Translations under genes and position numbers: made by a program
The notes under the pieces: generated by a model
The model's input: the letters and a program-made list of their open reading frames with translations, nothing else
What the model was told of the DNA's origin: nothing
Database searches by the model: none
From: Paracoccaceae bacterium
GTDB lineage: Bacteria; Pseudomonadota; Alphaproteobacteria; Rhodobacterales; Rhodobacteraceae
NCBI GenBank assembly: GCA_043736155.1
Contig: JAYTDA010000172.1
Span: 1,516 to 65,515, forward strand
Direction: 5' to 3'
DNA: 64,000 nucleotides
Part shown: in pieces, positions 55,710 to 63,012 of the stretch
Layout: each line of letters starts with the position of its first letter
Position numbering within the stretch: the stretch's first letter is position 1

Positions 55710-57848
55710 TCATCCGAAAATCGCGTCGCCCGCCTCCTCCCACAGCATCCGCTCGGCGCGATATTCCGGCTCGTTTTGATAGATCGTCAGCCAAAGCTTC
55801 TGTTCGAACGTCACCGCAGCCCCCGCCGCCAGCCCCCGTTCCAGTTCCAGCGCCCGGCGAAACCGGTCGCGCTGGCTCTCTTCAACCGGGGCCACTGCCG
55901 CGCGCTGCGCCGCCAGATCGACCACGATGCCCGCCTGAACCTCTGAGACGCCCGGCGGCAAAGCCAGCGCCGGGCGTCCGGTGGCAGCGCCAAAGGCCGG
56001 GCGCACCACCTTTGCCTCGGGCCGGACACTGTCGCTCATTCTTCCCGAAACGGGGGCGATCTGGTCCAGGCCGTCGGCAATTTCGGAAATCGTGAACTGG
56101 CGATGCGCCGCTGCCGCCTTTTTCTCGGCGGCGATCCAGGCGTTGCGGCTGCGGGCATGCACGCGGGCTTCGTCCATATCCAGGAACCCGGCTTTCTGCA
56201 TCGCGGGCGCATGGCCGAGATAGGCATTGTCCTGGCTGTAAACATGCACGCCGCTGTGCAGATCGGCGGGATCGAACCGCACCACGACGCGGCAGCCCGC
56301 GACATCATGCATCCAGGCCGCCCAATAGACATTGCCCAGGAACGCCACTTCACCGCTGCCGCGCTTGGCATTCAGCCCTTCGGCCCCCAGCAGCCACAAC
56401 CGGCGCTGTGCCTCGGTCGCCTTGCGGATCGGCGCTGTAGCATAGCTTTCGTCAAACACTTCGGCAAAGCTGCGGCCCCAGGCCACTTCCGACCGCCGAC
56501 CGGCGCGGGCATTATGTTCGGCGATCCCTTCGGCCAGAACCGCCAGAAACACCTCCAGATCGATGGCCTTGTCGCCATAATTCTCCGGCTTCGCATCCGG
56601 ACTGTTGCCACTATAGGCTCCGGCGAAACGCGGGTCTTTCGCCACGGTGCTGGCCAGATCGCGCCAGGCCCGTTCAACCGGCTTGGATTGCCCGGCATAG
56701 GGCGTGGCCCAGTGAATTTCGCAGCCAAGCAGGGTAAACAGACCCGGCAGATCGTCTTCCTTCACCTTGAACCGGTAGCGGGTTTCCGCGCCGCCGGTGA
56801 TCGCCTTGGCGGCAAATTCGCGGCCATTGTCGAACAAGACATGCTCGGGAATGCCCCATTGTTCGATCATGTCGCCTGCGGCCAGCATGACGGCGGTGCT
56901 GTTCGGGCTGCGGTCGACCCGGAACGACAGGATACGACCGGAATAGATATCCTGAAACCCGACCATCTGCGGCCGGCCGATCCATTCCGGCTGACCCAGC
57001 TTCGGGATCGCGGGCCAGCGCACAAACACATCGAACTTGTGAAAATCGGCGTTGACCGCTTCCAGCGCCACCAGGGCGGTCTTGTCGCGCACCTGTGCCG
57101 GATACAGCCGCTTCAACGCATCGGTGCCCTTGCGCGCCAGCACCTGCACCGGCATCGATACCGTCGCGTCCAGCCAGCGCCGCATCGTCCGTTCCGGGGC
57201 GATCTCCAGACCCTTGTCCAGCGCCACCCGCACCGAACGGCGGTAGCAATCGGTGAAGGGCGGTGCTTCAGGGCGGAGGAAATCCGACCGTATCAGGCCC
57301 CAGAAATCGGGATCGAACCCCTTGGTCCGTGCCCGCTCCGGCACAGCACGGTGGCGCGGTGCGAGATAGGACAGGCGGTCGCAGGCCAGCACCCCGTCGA
57401 TCAGGGCGAACCATGACCAGAGGGTCCGGGCACCCATGCTTTCCATCCGCGCCACTTCGGCAACAGCCAAATGCTTGCCGAACATGGGTTCCAGGGCCTC
57501 GACTTTTTGGACCACCAACAGCCGCTCTTGCGCCTTTGCCTTTACATTGCCGGGCAGGGCTTCGAACCACTTCCAGACTTCATCCCGCATCGGCCTTGAC
57601 GTCGAAACCTTCAACGGCTGGCCGGAAGAAAGCAGCTTCCGTAGCGCCCGTGACGGCAACAGCCGCCAGCTGTATTCCCAGCCACCGCCCCGACCTGTCC
57701 GTCGCCGCGCCATGCCCGGTTGGCTGCGCCAGCCCTCGCGCGCAATCAACAGGTTGATGCCGCGCGCCGTGGCGGGCAGATCGGGTAGACCCGCCACCGC
57801 AATTTCGTCGGCACTCCACCATTCTTGCGCTGGCGTCACCCTGGTCAT
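55710..57848 (-). CDS. MuA-like DDE transposase
   Basis: N-terminal HTH (WWSADEIAVAGLPDLPATARGINLLIAREGW). rve-type DDE triad candidates are VNADFHKFDVFV, VLFDNGREFAAK and KPVERAW. The 712-aa size fits the Mu transposase family. ATGA overlap with the ParB-like gene. Confidence 0.9.
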   Translation of the reverse strand: MTRVTPAQEWWSADEIAVAGLPDLPATARGINLLIAREGWRSQPGMARRRTGRGGGWEYSWRLLPSRALRKLLSSGQPLKVSTSRPMRDEVWKWFEALPGNVKAKAQERLLVVQKVEALEPMFGKHLAVAEVARMESMGARTLWSWFALIDGVLACDRLSYLAPRHRAVPERARTKGFDPDFWGLIRSDFLRPEAPPFTDCYRRSVRVALDKGLEIAPERTMRRWLDATVSMPVQVLARKGTDALKRLYPAQVRDKTALVALEAVNADFHKFDVFVRWPAIPKLGQPEWIGRPQMVGFQDIYSGRILSFRVDRSPNSTAVMLAAGDMIEQWGIPEHVLFDNGREFAAKAITGGAETRYRFKVKEDDLPGLFTLLGCEIHWATPYAGQSKPVERAWRDLASTVAKDPRFAGAYSGNSPDAKPENYGDKAIDLEVFLAVLAEGIAEHNARAGRRSEVAWGRSFAEVFDESYATAPIRKATEAQRRLWLLGAEGLNAKRGSGEVAFLGNVYWAAWMHDVAGCRVVVRFDPADLHSGVHVYSQDNAYLGHAPAMQKAGFLDMDEARVHARSRNAWIAAEKKAAAAHRQFTISEIADGLDQIAPVSGRMSDSVRPEAKVVRPAFGAATGRPALALPPGVSEVQAGIVVDLAAQRAAVAPVEESQRDRFRRALELERGLAAGAAVTFEQKLWLTIYQNEPEYRAERMLWEEAGDAIFG

Positions 57849-58708
57849 TCGGGCGCCTCGTCGTTTGGCGGGCGCGGCAGGCCCTTGTTTTGGGCCATCC
57901 AGATGTCCTTGGAATGTTCGGTACAGAACCGCTTGCGCGCCGCCTCCGACGCCCGTGTCCACGCGGATTTCAGCGCGAGAAACTCGGCTTCAACCGGGGT
58001 TTTAAGGGGGGTTGAACCGCCGGTTTGTTGCACCTTCCAGACGCTGCGGGCGGCGGCGGCATTCTTGGCTGTCCCGCCCGCCAGGGCATCGACAACCGCT
58101 CGCCTCTCTCCACCGGTGACGATTGTGGCGATCTGCTGGATGTCGCTCAACGTGATCCGCCGCTTGCCGTTGCGAAGGCTGCGCACTTCTTCAGTGCCCA
58201 ACACCTCCCCGGCAGCGACCATCTTTCGAACTTGCCGGGTGCTGATCGACCGTTTTTCCGCGATGATTTCTGCAAAGGAATTATAGTTCCGCTGCAGACC
58301 GTGCCTGGCCAGCGCCCCGGCAATGCCGCCCCTGGTTTCCGGATGCTCCTGTTCATGCAGCCGCTTCCATGCCGCCAGAAACACCGCGTCATCCAGCACT
58401 GACATCGCAGCGCCAGCCAGATTGCCGCCGATCTCCAGCCCGCGCGCCTCTGCGGCCGAGCAATCGTAGGCGCGCACAGCGATGCTGGCGTGGCCAAGCC
58501 GCGTCATCGCCTCCAGCCGGTGCGCACCGTCGATCAGGACATTCTGCCCACCGGTGCGCCGCACGGTGATTGGCGTGGTGAAGGCATAGGTGCCGATCAT
58601 TTCCATCAGCGCCGCCACGCCCGGTTCGGTCACCCCTCGTAGCCGGTCGTCTGGCACAAGGATCTCTGCCACCGGCAGTTCGGTGAAAGTCGGCATGAGC
58701 TCAATCAC
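57845..58708 (-). CDS. ParB/Srx N-terminal domain protein
   Basis: ...ITVRRTGGQNVLIDGAHRLEAMTRLGHASIAVRAY... is the ParB-like nuclease/CTPase box (DG.HR). The C-terminal half is helical. Confidence 0.75.
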   Translation of the reverse strand: MIELMPTFTELPVAEILVPDDRLRGVTEPGVAALMEMIGTYAFTTPITVRRTGGQNVLIDGAHRLEAMTRLGHASIAVRAYDCSAAEARGLEIGGNLAGAAMSVLDDAVFLAAWKRLHEQEHPETRGGIAGALARHGLQRNYNSFAEIIAEKRSISTRQVRKMVAAGEVLGTEEVRSLRNGKRRITLSDIQQIATIVTGGERRAVVDALAGGTAKNAAAARSVWKVQQTGGSTPLKTPVEAEFLALKSAWTRASEAARKRFCTEHSKDIWMAQNKGLPRPPNDEAPE

Positions 58709-58964
58709 TGGTGGCTTCCTCCTGTTCCTTCAGAACCACCTCCAGTGAAGCAAGCAAGATGTTCAGGGCGTTGCGGCTGCCTTCCAACTGACCCAGTAAA
58801 AGAAAGGCGCGAAGTTGTGCCCTGCCGAAATCATCGCTCAAGAGGGTCGTCTGGATGCCCTGGATCAAACCCGCCAGCCTTGGCAGGTCCTGCATCAGCA
58901 GCGTTCCGACTGTCTTTGCGCGCTTCGCTTCCCGCTCTGGATCGCTTGTCATTGTGATTGTCAT
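58701..58964 (-). CDS. small phage protein
   Basis: MTITMTSDPEREAKRAKTVGTLLMQDLPRLAGLIQGIQTTLL... Overlaps its neighbours. Confidence 0.5.
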   Translation of the reverse strand: MTITMTSDPEREAKRAKTVGTLLMQDLPRLAGLIQGIQTTLLSDDFGRAQLRAFLLLGQLEGSRNALNILLASLEVVLKEQEEATSD

Positions 58965-59191
58965 GCACTCGGTCCCCTGGTCATCGTGTAAAGCCACGTC
59001 CGCTTGCCAGCCGCGAACTGCTGGATGCAGACGATCTCGGCCCCGTGCTGGCGCAACTCGGCCATGCAGGCATTGACCGCCATCACCCGGGCCCGCCGCA
59101 CCACGTCGCGCGTGGTATGCGGCCGCCCGTCGCGCAGCAGGGCAAGCACCCGTTGCAGGCGTGGCGAGGCAAGAGCGGCGGCGTTCATCAT
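58961..59191 (-). CDS. small winged-helix-like phage protein
   Basis: MMNAAALASPRLQRVLALLRDGRPHTTRDVVRRARVMAVNACMAELRQHGAEIVC... Confidence 0.5.
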   Translation of the reverse strand: MMNAAALASPRLQRVLALLRDGRPHTTRDVVRRARVMAVNACMAELRQHGAEIVCIQQFAAGKRTWLYTMTRGPSA

Positions 59192-59194
59192 GGG

Positions 59195-59434
59195 CTAGAT
59201 CCCCGGTCCCCGCCCGCGCGAGGGCGCGGCACCGAGCATGAAGGCAATATGATCGGCCAGTCCGGCAGCGAGCAGATCGGCCACCAGCGCATCCACCGCC
59301 GTCACATAGCGGTCGGTTGCCAGATCGCGGTCCTTGGCATCGGCAGCGCGCGACCCCATGATCGCCTTGGCCGCCGCCGCGTCTGACAGTCGCGCCTGCA
59401 CCAGCGCCCACTGGCTTGCCATCGAGATCGACAT
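59195..59434 (-). CDS. small phage protein
   Basis: MSISMASQWALVQARLSDAAAAKAIMGSRAADAKDRDLATDRYV... Confidence 0.45.
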   Translation of the reverse strand: MSISMASQWALVQARLSDAAAAKAIMGSRAADAKDRDLATDRYVTAVDALVADLLAAGLADHIAFMLGAAPSRGRGPGI

Positions 59435-59436
59435 GG

Positions 59437-59667
59437 TCAAATCTCCCCGATATGCGGGATCAGCCCGGACAGCGCTTCCAGCACCCCGGCATCCTCCAGC
59501 AGGCACAGTGCCTCACACAGCTTCTGGCGGGCCACGTCGCAGCACTCCCAGTACTCGACAGCGATATCGTGATTGTCCTCAAACAGTGCCTGCGCCCGGG
59601 CGCCCCTGGCTGTGACCAGCTGTGCCCTCACCTCTCGGAACAGCTCCACATGACCCGCCGCGTTCAT
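59437..59667 (-). CDS. small phage protein
   Basis: MNAAGHVELFREVRAQLVTARGARAQALFEDNHDIAVEYWECCDVARQKLCEALCLLEDAG... Confidence 0.45.
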   Translation of the reverse strand: MNAAGHVELFREVRAQLVTARGARAQALFEDNHDIAVEYWECCDVARQKLCEALCLLEDAGVLEALSGLIPHIGEI

Positions 59668-59927
59668 TGCAGCACCCATCCGCAAACCAGCCCCAGCCAC
59701 AGCGCGCCGAACAGGCAGGCGCAGCCGATCGCATCGCCCAGCAGGCTGGTTTCCAGCCGCCGGTTCGCCCGCTTCACGCACCGCCACCCTGCGCGGGAGG
59801 AGGTGCGCAGGGTGGCGATGATCCCGGCCTCGGGAGGAGATAAGGCCGGGAATGCGGGATATTTCGCCGACAGCGCCTGCGCCAGCTCGCGGCGTTCCTC
59901 TGCCGTCCTCTTGCAGGCCGCACCCAT
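59664..59927 (-). CDS. small phage protein with C-terminal TM
   Basis: MGAACKRTAEERRELAQALSAKY...SLLGDAIGCACLFGALWLGLVCGWVLQ. Confidence 0.45.
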   Translation of the reverse strand: MGAACKRTAEERRELAQALSAKYPAFPALSPPEAGIIATLRTSSRAGWRCVKRANRRLETSLLGDAIGCACLFGALWLGLVCGWVLQ

Positions 59928-60271
59928 CACGCACACCCGGCCAGACGGGCGTCGAGCGCGATGATCTCGCCCTTTTGCGCCGAAATCAGCCCCGACCGGT
60001 CGCCGTTGGTCAGCAGGCTGACCGGAATGCCGATCAACACCACGGCCCACACGTCGCTGATCGCAGCGTCACGTTGCGTGGCCTCCAGCGCGGCCAGCGT
60101 CTGCGCCACGCCGTCACGTTTGGCCCGTGCCGCGCTGCAGGACAAAGGGTCATAAAGCCCGGCGGGCACCGGTGTCGCGGCGATGCTGTCGGGCGACGGG
60201 GCGCAGGCCCCGAGCAGCAGGGTGGCAGCCAGCGCCGGTGCCGCAAATGCGGTGAAACCCTTGCCCATCAC
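59927..60271 (-). CDS. prophage lipoprotein
   Basis: MMGKGFTAFAAPALAATLLLGAC has a lipobox (LLGAC), followed by a short soluble domain and a hydrophobic stretch (VWAVVLIGIPVSLL). Confidence 0.6.
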   Translation of the reverse strand: MMGKGFTAFAAPALAATLLLGACAPSPDSIAATPVPAGLYDPLSCSAARAKRDGVAQTLAALEATQRDAAISDVWAVVLIGIPVSLLTNGDRSGLISAQKGEIIALDARLAGCA

Positions 60272-60672
60272 GCACCTGCCTTTTTCGGCTTTGACGCCTT
60301 GAAATGCAGTGTGGTGCTGGCCGGAATGTCGACGGCGGCACCGGTGCCGGGGTGGCGGCCCACCCGGGCGGCGCGGGTCCGGGCCTCAAACGTGCCGAAA
60401 CCCTTGATCGCAACGCTGTCACCGCGATCCGTCATCTGACTGATTGCCGCCAGGAACCGGTCGAACAACCGACCCGCTTCGGCCTTTGAATAGGAGGGCG
60501 TCATCGAACTGGCGACTGCGTCGACGAGGTCACTTTTGCTATGCCGTGTCATGTCTTGGTCCTTTCTGGGTTTGCGGGGAAAATCGGGATGCTGCCGGAT
60601 CGCCAGCCCGAAGGCGGCGTCGAACGCCCGCAGCTGGTCGAGCGACAGGGCATGGAAGTCGGGCACACTCAT
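60268..60672 (-). CDS. HU/IHF-family DNA-binding protein (possibly starting at the internal ATG 60552)
   Basis: ...SKSDLVDAVASSM...SKAEAGRLFDRFLAAISQMTDRGDSVAIKGFGTFEARTRAARVGRHPGTGAAVDIPASTTLHFKASK shows the HU beta-arm signature (R-x-G-R-N/H-P-x-T-G). The 40-aa N-terminal extension is uncertain. Confidence 0.7.
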   Translation of the reverse strand: MSVPDFHALSLDQLRAFDAAFGLAIRQHPDFPRKPRKDQDMTRHSKSDLVDAVASSMTPSYSKAEAGRLFDRFLAAISQMTDRGDSVAIKGFGTFEARTRAARVGRHPGTGAAVDIPASTTLHFKASKPKKAGA

Positions 60673-60749
60673 CGCGCACCCCGGTCCGGGTCGGTTTTGC
60701 CTTGGCCCGAACCGGGGTGGCCCCTACCATCCGCCGTGCCAACAACCGG

Positions 60750-61022
60750 ATGGATACCTTGCTGATTCCCGACGAACTCCCCGAAGGAATTGAACCCGTC
60801 GAGGCCCAGCTCTTCACCCTGATCGAGGCCTGGATTGCCAGCACCGTCATCTTGTTGGCCGGGGATGACCTCAAGACCCACATGTTCATCGACTACATGG
60901 AGACGATGGCCAACGGCTTCCGGGGCGGCGGTCGGGGGGCACTTGCCAACCACATCGACGGCTGGGTATCGCGCATCGAACTCGGCACAAGCGAGCTTCG
61001 CCAAGCGATCAATAACGGCTGA
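60750..61022 (+). CDS. hypothetical protein encoded opposite to the early operon
   Basis: MDTLLIPDELPEGIEPVEAQLFTLIEAWIASTVILLAGDDLKTHMFIDYMETMANGFRGGGRGALANHIDGWVSRIELGTSELRQAINNG. Third-codon positions are strongly G/C-rich in this frame. The overlapping minus-strand ORF (60669-61043) places its third positions on this frame's first positions, which are much less GC-biased. Confidence 0.55.
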   Translation: MDTLLIPDELPEGIEPVEAQLFTLIEAWIASTVILLAGDDLKTHMFIDYMETMANGFRGGGRGALANHIDGWVSRIELGTSELRQAINNG

Positions 61023-61039
61023 GACGCCCGACGAGATCA

Positions 61040-61282
61040 TCACGCGGCCTCCTTCTTCTTGCTGGGGCGGGGGATGTCACGGGGCCATTCAAGGTCGGCG
61101 GGCCAGTTGGCGTCAAAGTAGGTGAGTAGCGCCTCCGCCCTCTTGAGGGTGCAACCGGCCCCGCTCTTAAGATGCCCAAAGAACTTTCCATCATTGGCGG
61201 CATAGGTCGAAACCGTAGTCAGCTTCAGTCCCCGATGGGACGAAAGCATCTCTGCCAGAAGGATCAAGGCCTGGACGTTCAT
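61040..61282 (-). CDS. first gene of the early operon (Ner/Cro position), unknown family
   Basis: MNVQALILLAEMLSSHRGLKLTTVSTYAANDGKFFGHLKSGAGCTLKRAEALLTYFDANWP... Divergent from the repressor across the operator region. Confidence 0.6.
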   Translation of the reverse strand: MNVQALILLAEMLSSHRGLKLTTVSTYAANDGKFFGHLKSGAGCTLKRAEALLTYFDANWPADLEWPRDIPRPSKKKEAA

Positions 61283-61293
61283 GGCTCGCCTCT

Positions 61294-61365
61294 CGGTGTT
61301 ATTACCGACAAGCTACACGGTAGTATTACCGATAGTCAAGCGCCCTTTTTTCGGTAATAATACCG
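61294..61365. promoter_or_regulatory. three operator-like 14-bp palindromes CGGT-N6(AT-rich)-ACCG
   Basis: CGGTGTTATTACCG (61294-61307), CGGTAGTATTACCG (61318-61331) and CGGTAATAATACCG (61352-61365). They lie in the 87-bp gap between the divergent repressor and early genes. Confidence 0.75.
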
Positions 61366-61369
61366 ATTC

Positions 61370-62044
61370 GTGAAGCCCATCGCCGAAGCCTTTGCCGAGC
61401 TAGTATCCGAGCGCCTTAAAGCGTTGGGAACGAATGCATTTTCGATTGAGACGCAGTTCGACTTGCCCGAGGACTCTGTGCGAAACGTGCTGCGCAGCAC
61501 CAAGAAGGACGGACCATCTCTCTCCAAAGCTAAGGAAATTTGTGACGCTCTGGACCTTGAGATTTATGTCGGCCATCGGCGCGAGACCGGCCCAGTCGAA
61601 CACACAATCATCAACGGCGAGGACTTCGCCGCCATTCCTCGCCTCTCCGTGAGGCTCTCTGCAGGTGCTGGAGCGAACAACGAAGATGAATCCGTTATCG
61701 AAACTCTGGCCTTCCGCCGCGAGTGGTTGAACCAGCTCGGGGTCAACCCTTCCGAGTGCGTAATCGTTTCGATCTTCGGTGACAGCATGGAACCCGGTCT
61801 GCACGACGGCGATCTGGCCCTGATCGACCAAGGCAAGAAAGTGCCGCGCCCCGGCTGCATCTACGCCCTGACCGACTTCGACGGTTCCACCCGCGTCAAG
61901 CGCATTGACCTGCTGCCTGAAACCGGCCTGATCCTGCGCTCCGACAACCCACAATACCCGGTTGAACCCCGCCTGAACCACGACGCAGAGCGCGTCGAGG
62001 TCATAGGTCAGGTCGTCTGGTCGGGTCATACCCACAAGGAGTAG
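61370..62044 (+). CDS. prophage repressor, LexA/CI-like S24 peptidase family
   Basis: N-terminal HTH-like region. C-terminal S24 domain with GDSMEPGLHDGDLALID and ...TRVKRID... (Ser/Lys dyad). GTG start. Confidence 0.85.
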   Translation: MKPIAEAFAELVSERLKALGTNAFSIETQFDLPEDSVRNVLRSTKKDGPSLSKAKEICDALDLEIYVGHRRETGPVEHTIINGEDFAAIPRLSVRLSAGAGANNEDESVIETLAFRREWLNQLGVNPSECVIVSIFGDSMEPGLHDGDLALIDQGKKVPRPGCIYALTDFDGSTRVKRIDLLPETGLILRSDNPQYPVEPRLNHDAERVEVIGQVVWSGHTHKE

Positions 62045-62046
62045 GC

Positions 62047-62712
62047 ATGTCGGACGGGCCTAAATTTACTATTCAGCTGATCCACAAGAGTTGGAAAGAG
62101 ATCAAGGCCGCTGCCGAACTCGGTTCGCGCACCTGCCTCGTTTACGAGTACCTGGACGATCTGGCATCCCGACTGACTATCGACCAAGCCGTAGAGTGCT
62201 ATCGCCACGTGTTCTCGCAAACAACGATGAAGCCCGAAGTATCCGAAGGGATGCTACCTCTTTGGCTGCACGGATGGGTCAACCGCGATCAAAGACTTGA
62301 GAAGGCAGCACTTATGCCCGCCGGTGGTGACGTGAGTTGGGGCTGGTCGGCAGTTCACACTTTTAGGGATCGTTTCATCAACCTTGGCTCGTGGCCAAAA
62401 GTCTGGGAAATGTATCTTGACCTCGACAACCTTCGTGACCGCCGTAGAGGGCTAAAGTCAGAGATGGTTGAATTGCTGCGCCGAACTATTGCCGAAACCA
62501 TCCACAACCGCGCCAATGCCGCGCAAGATAACCCGGACCCGACTTCCTTCTCGTGGCGACACGGTTATGAGTTTCATTGTGACGGCGACGTTGAGCGCAC
62601 CGTCGCAGAGGAACATAGGTCAACTCTGGTGCTGGGCGACTGGCGAACCTATCCACCGTACTTTCCAGGTGACACAACTCGGATCAGACCTGTCTTCCGA
62701 AAGCGAGATTAG
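62047..62712 (+). CDS. unknown protein coupled to the repressor (candidate lysogeny-expressed exclusion/defence gene)
   Basis: 221-aa, Trp-rich protein with no motif I recognise. AAGGAG lies 6 nt upstream of the ATG, which is 2 nt after the repressor stop. GC is visibly lower than in its neighbours. Confidence 0.6.
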   Translation: MSDGPKFTIQLIHKSWKEIKAAAELGSRTCLVYEYLDDLASRLTIDQAVECYRHVFSQTTMKPEVSEGMLPLWLHGWVNRDQRLEKAALMPAGGDVSWGWSAVHTFRDRFINLGSWPKVWEMYLDLDNLRDRRRGLKSEMVELLRRTIAETIHNRANAAQDNPDPTSFSWRHGYEFHCDGDVERTVAEEHRSTLVLGDWRTYPPYFPGDTTRIRPVFRKRD

Positions 62713-62799
62713 CTCTTTCCCGTCGCTCCCGTTCCTGCTACGTTCCAACCACCCGGAACGCCGCGAGCGTCTTGTCTGCCAACCGCCGATGTTCCGCCG

Positions 62800-63012
62800 A
62801 TGCCCGATCAGATCCCCTTCCGCTGCACACCCTGCAACCGGCTGCTGTTCACGGCGGACGATGGCGCGATTGTCGGCACCCTCACCATCAAATGCCCGCG
62901 CTGCAACGCGATCAACATCCTGAGGCCCAACCGCGCCGCTTCCCCCGCGCGGTCCATCGATCAGGGCGAACCCGATTCCGCAGGCGAGAATGACCCGTTT
63001 AACCCCGGTTGA
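62800..63012 (+). CDS. com: Com-like zinc-finger protein (Mu translational activator family)
   Basis: IPFRCTPCNRLLFTADDGAIVGTLTIKCPRCNAINIL compares with Mu Com ..IRCKNCNKLLFKAD....IEIRCPRCK. It has the same C-x2-C ... C-x2-C layout and LLF-AD core. Confidence 0.75.
   Translation: MPDQIPFRCTPCNRLLFTADDGAIVGTLTIKCPRCNAINILRPNRAASPARSIDQGEPDSAGENDPFNPG

Noticed and set aside
55685-56095. assorted 60-190-aa ORFs overlapping the transposase, MuB-like and ParB-like genes on either strand
   Set aside because: All are nested in, or antisense to, genes with clear motifs (DDE, Walker A/B, DG-x-HR). Their compositions are Arg/Pro/Gly-rich shadows.
60669-61043. minus-strand ORF with start/stop overlaps to both early-operon neighbours
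   Set aside because: It was provisionally rejected in favour of the plus-strand ORF 60750-61022 on third-position GC bias and amino acid composition. The conflict is kept as a finding because the positional coupling argues the other way.
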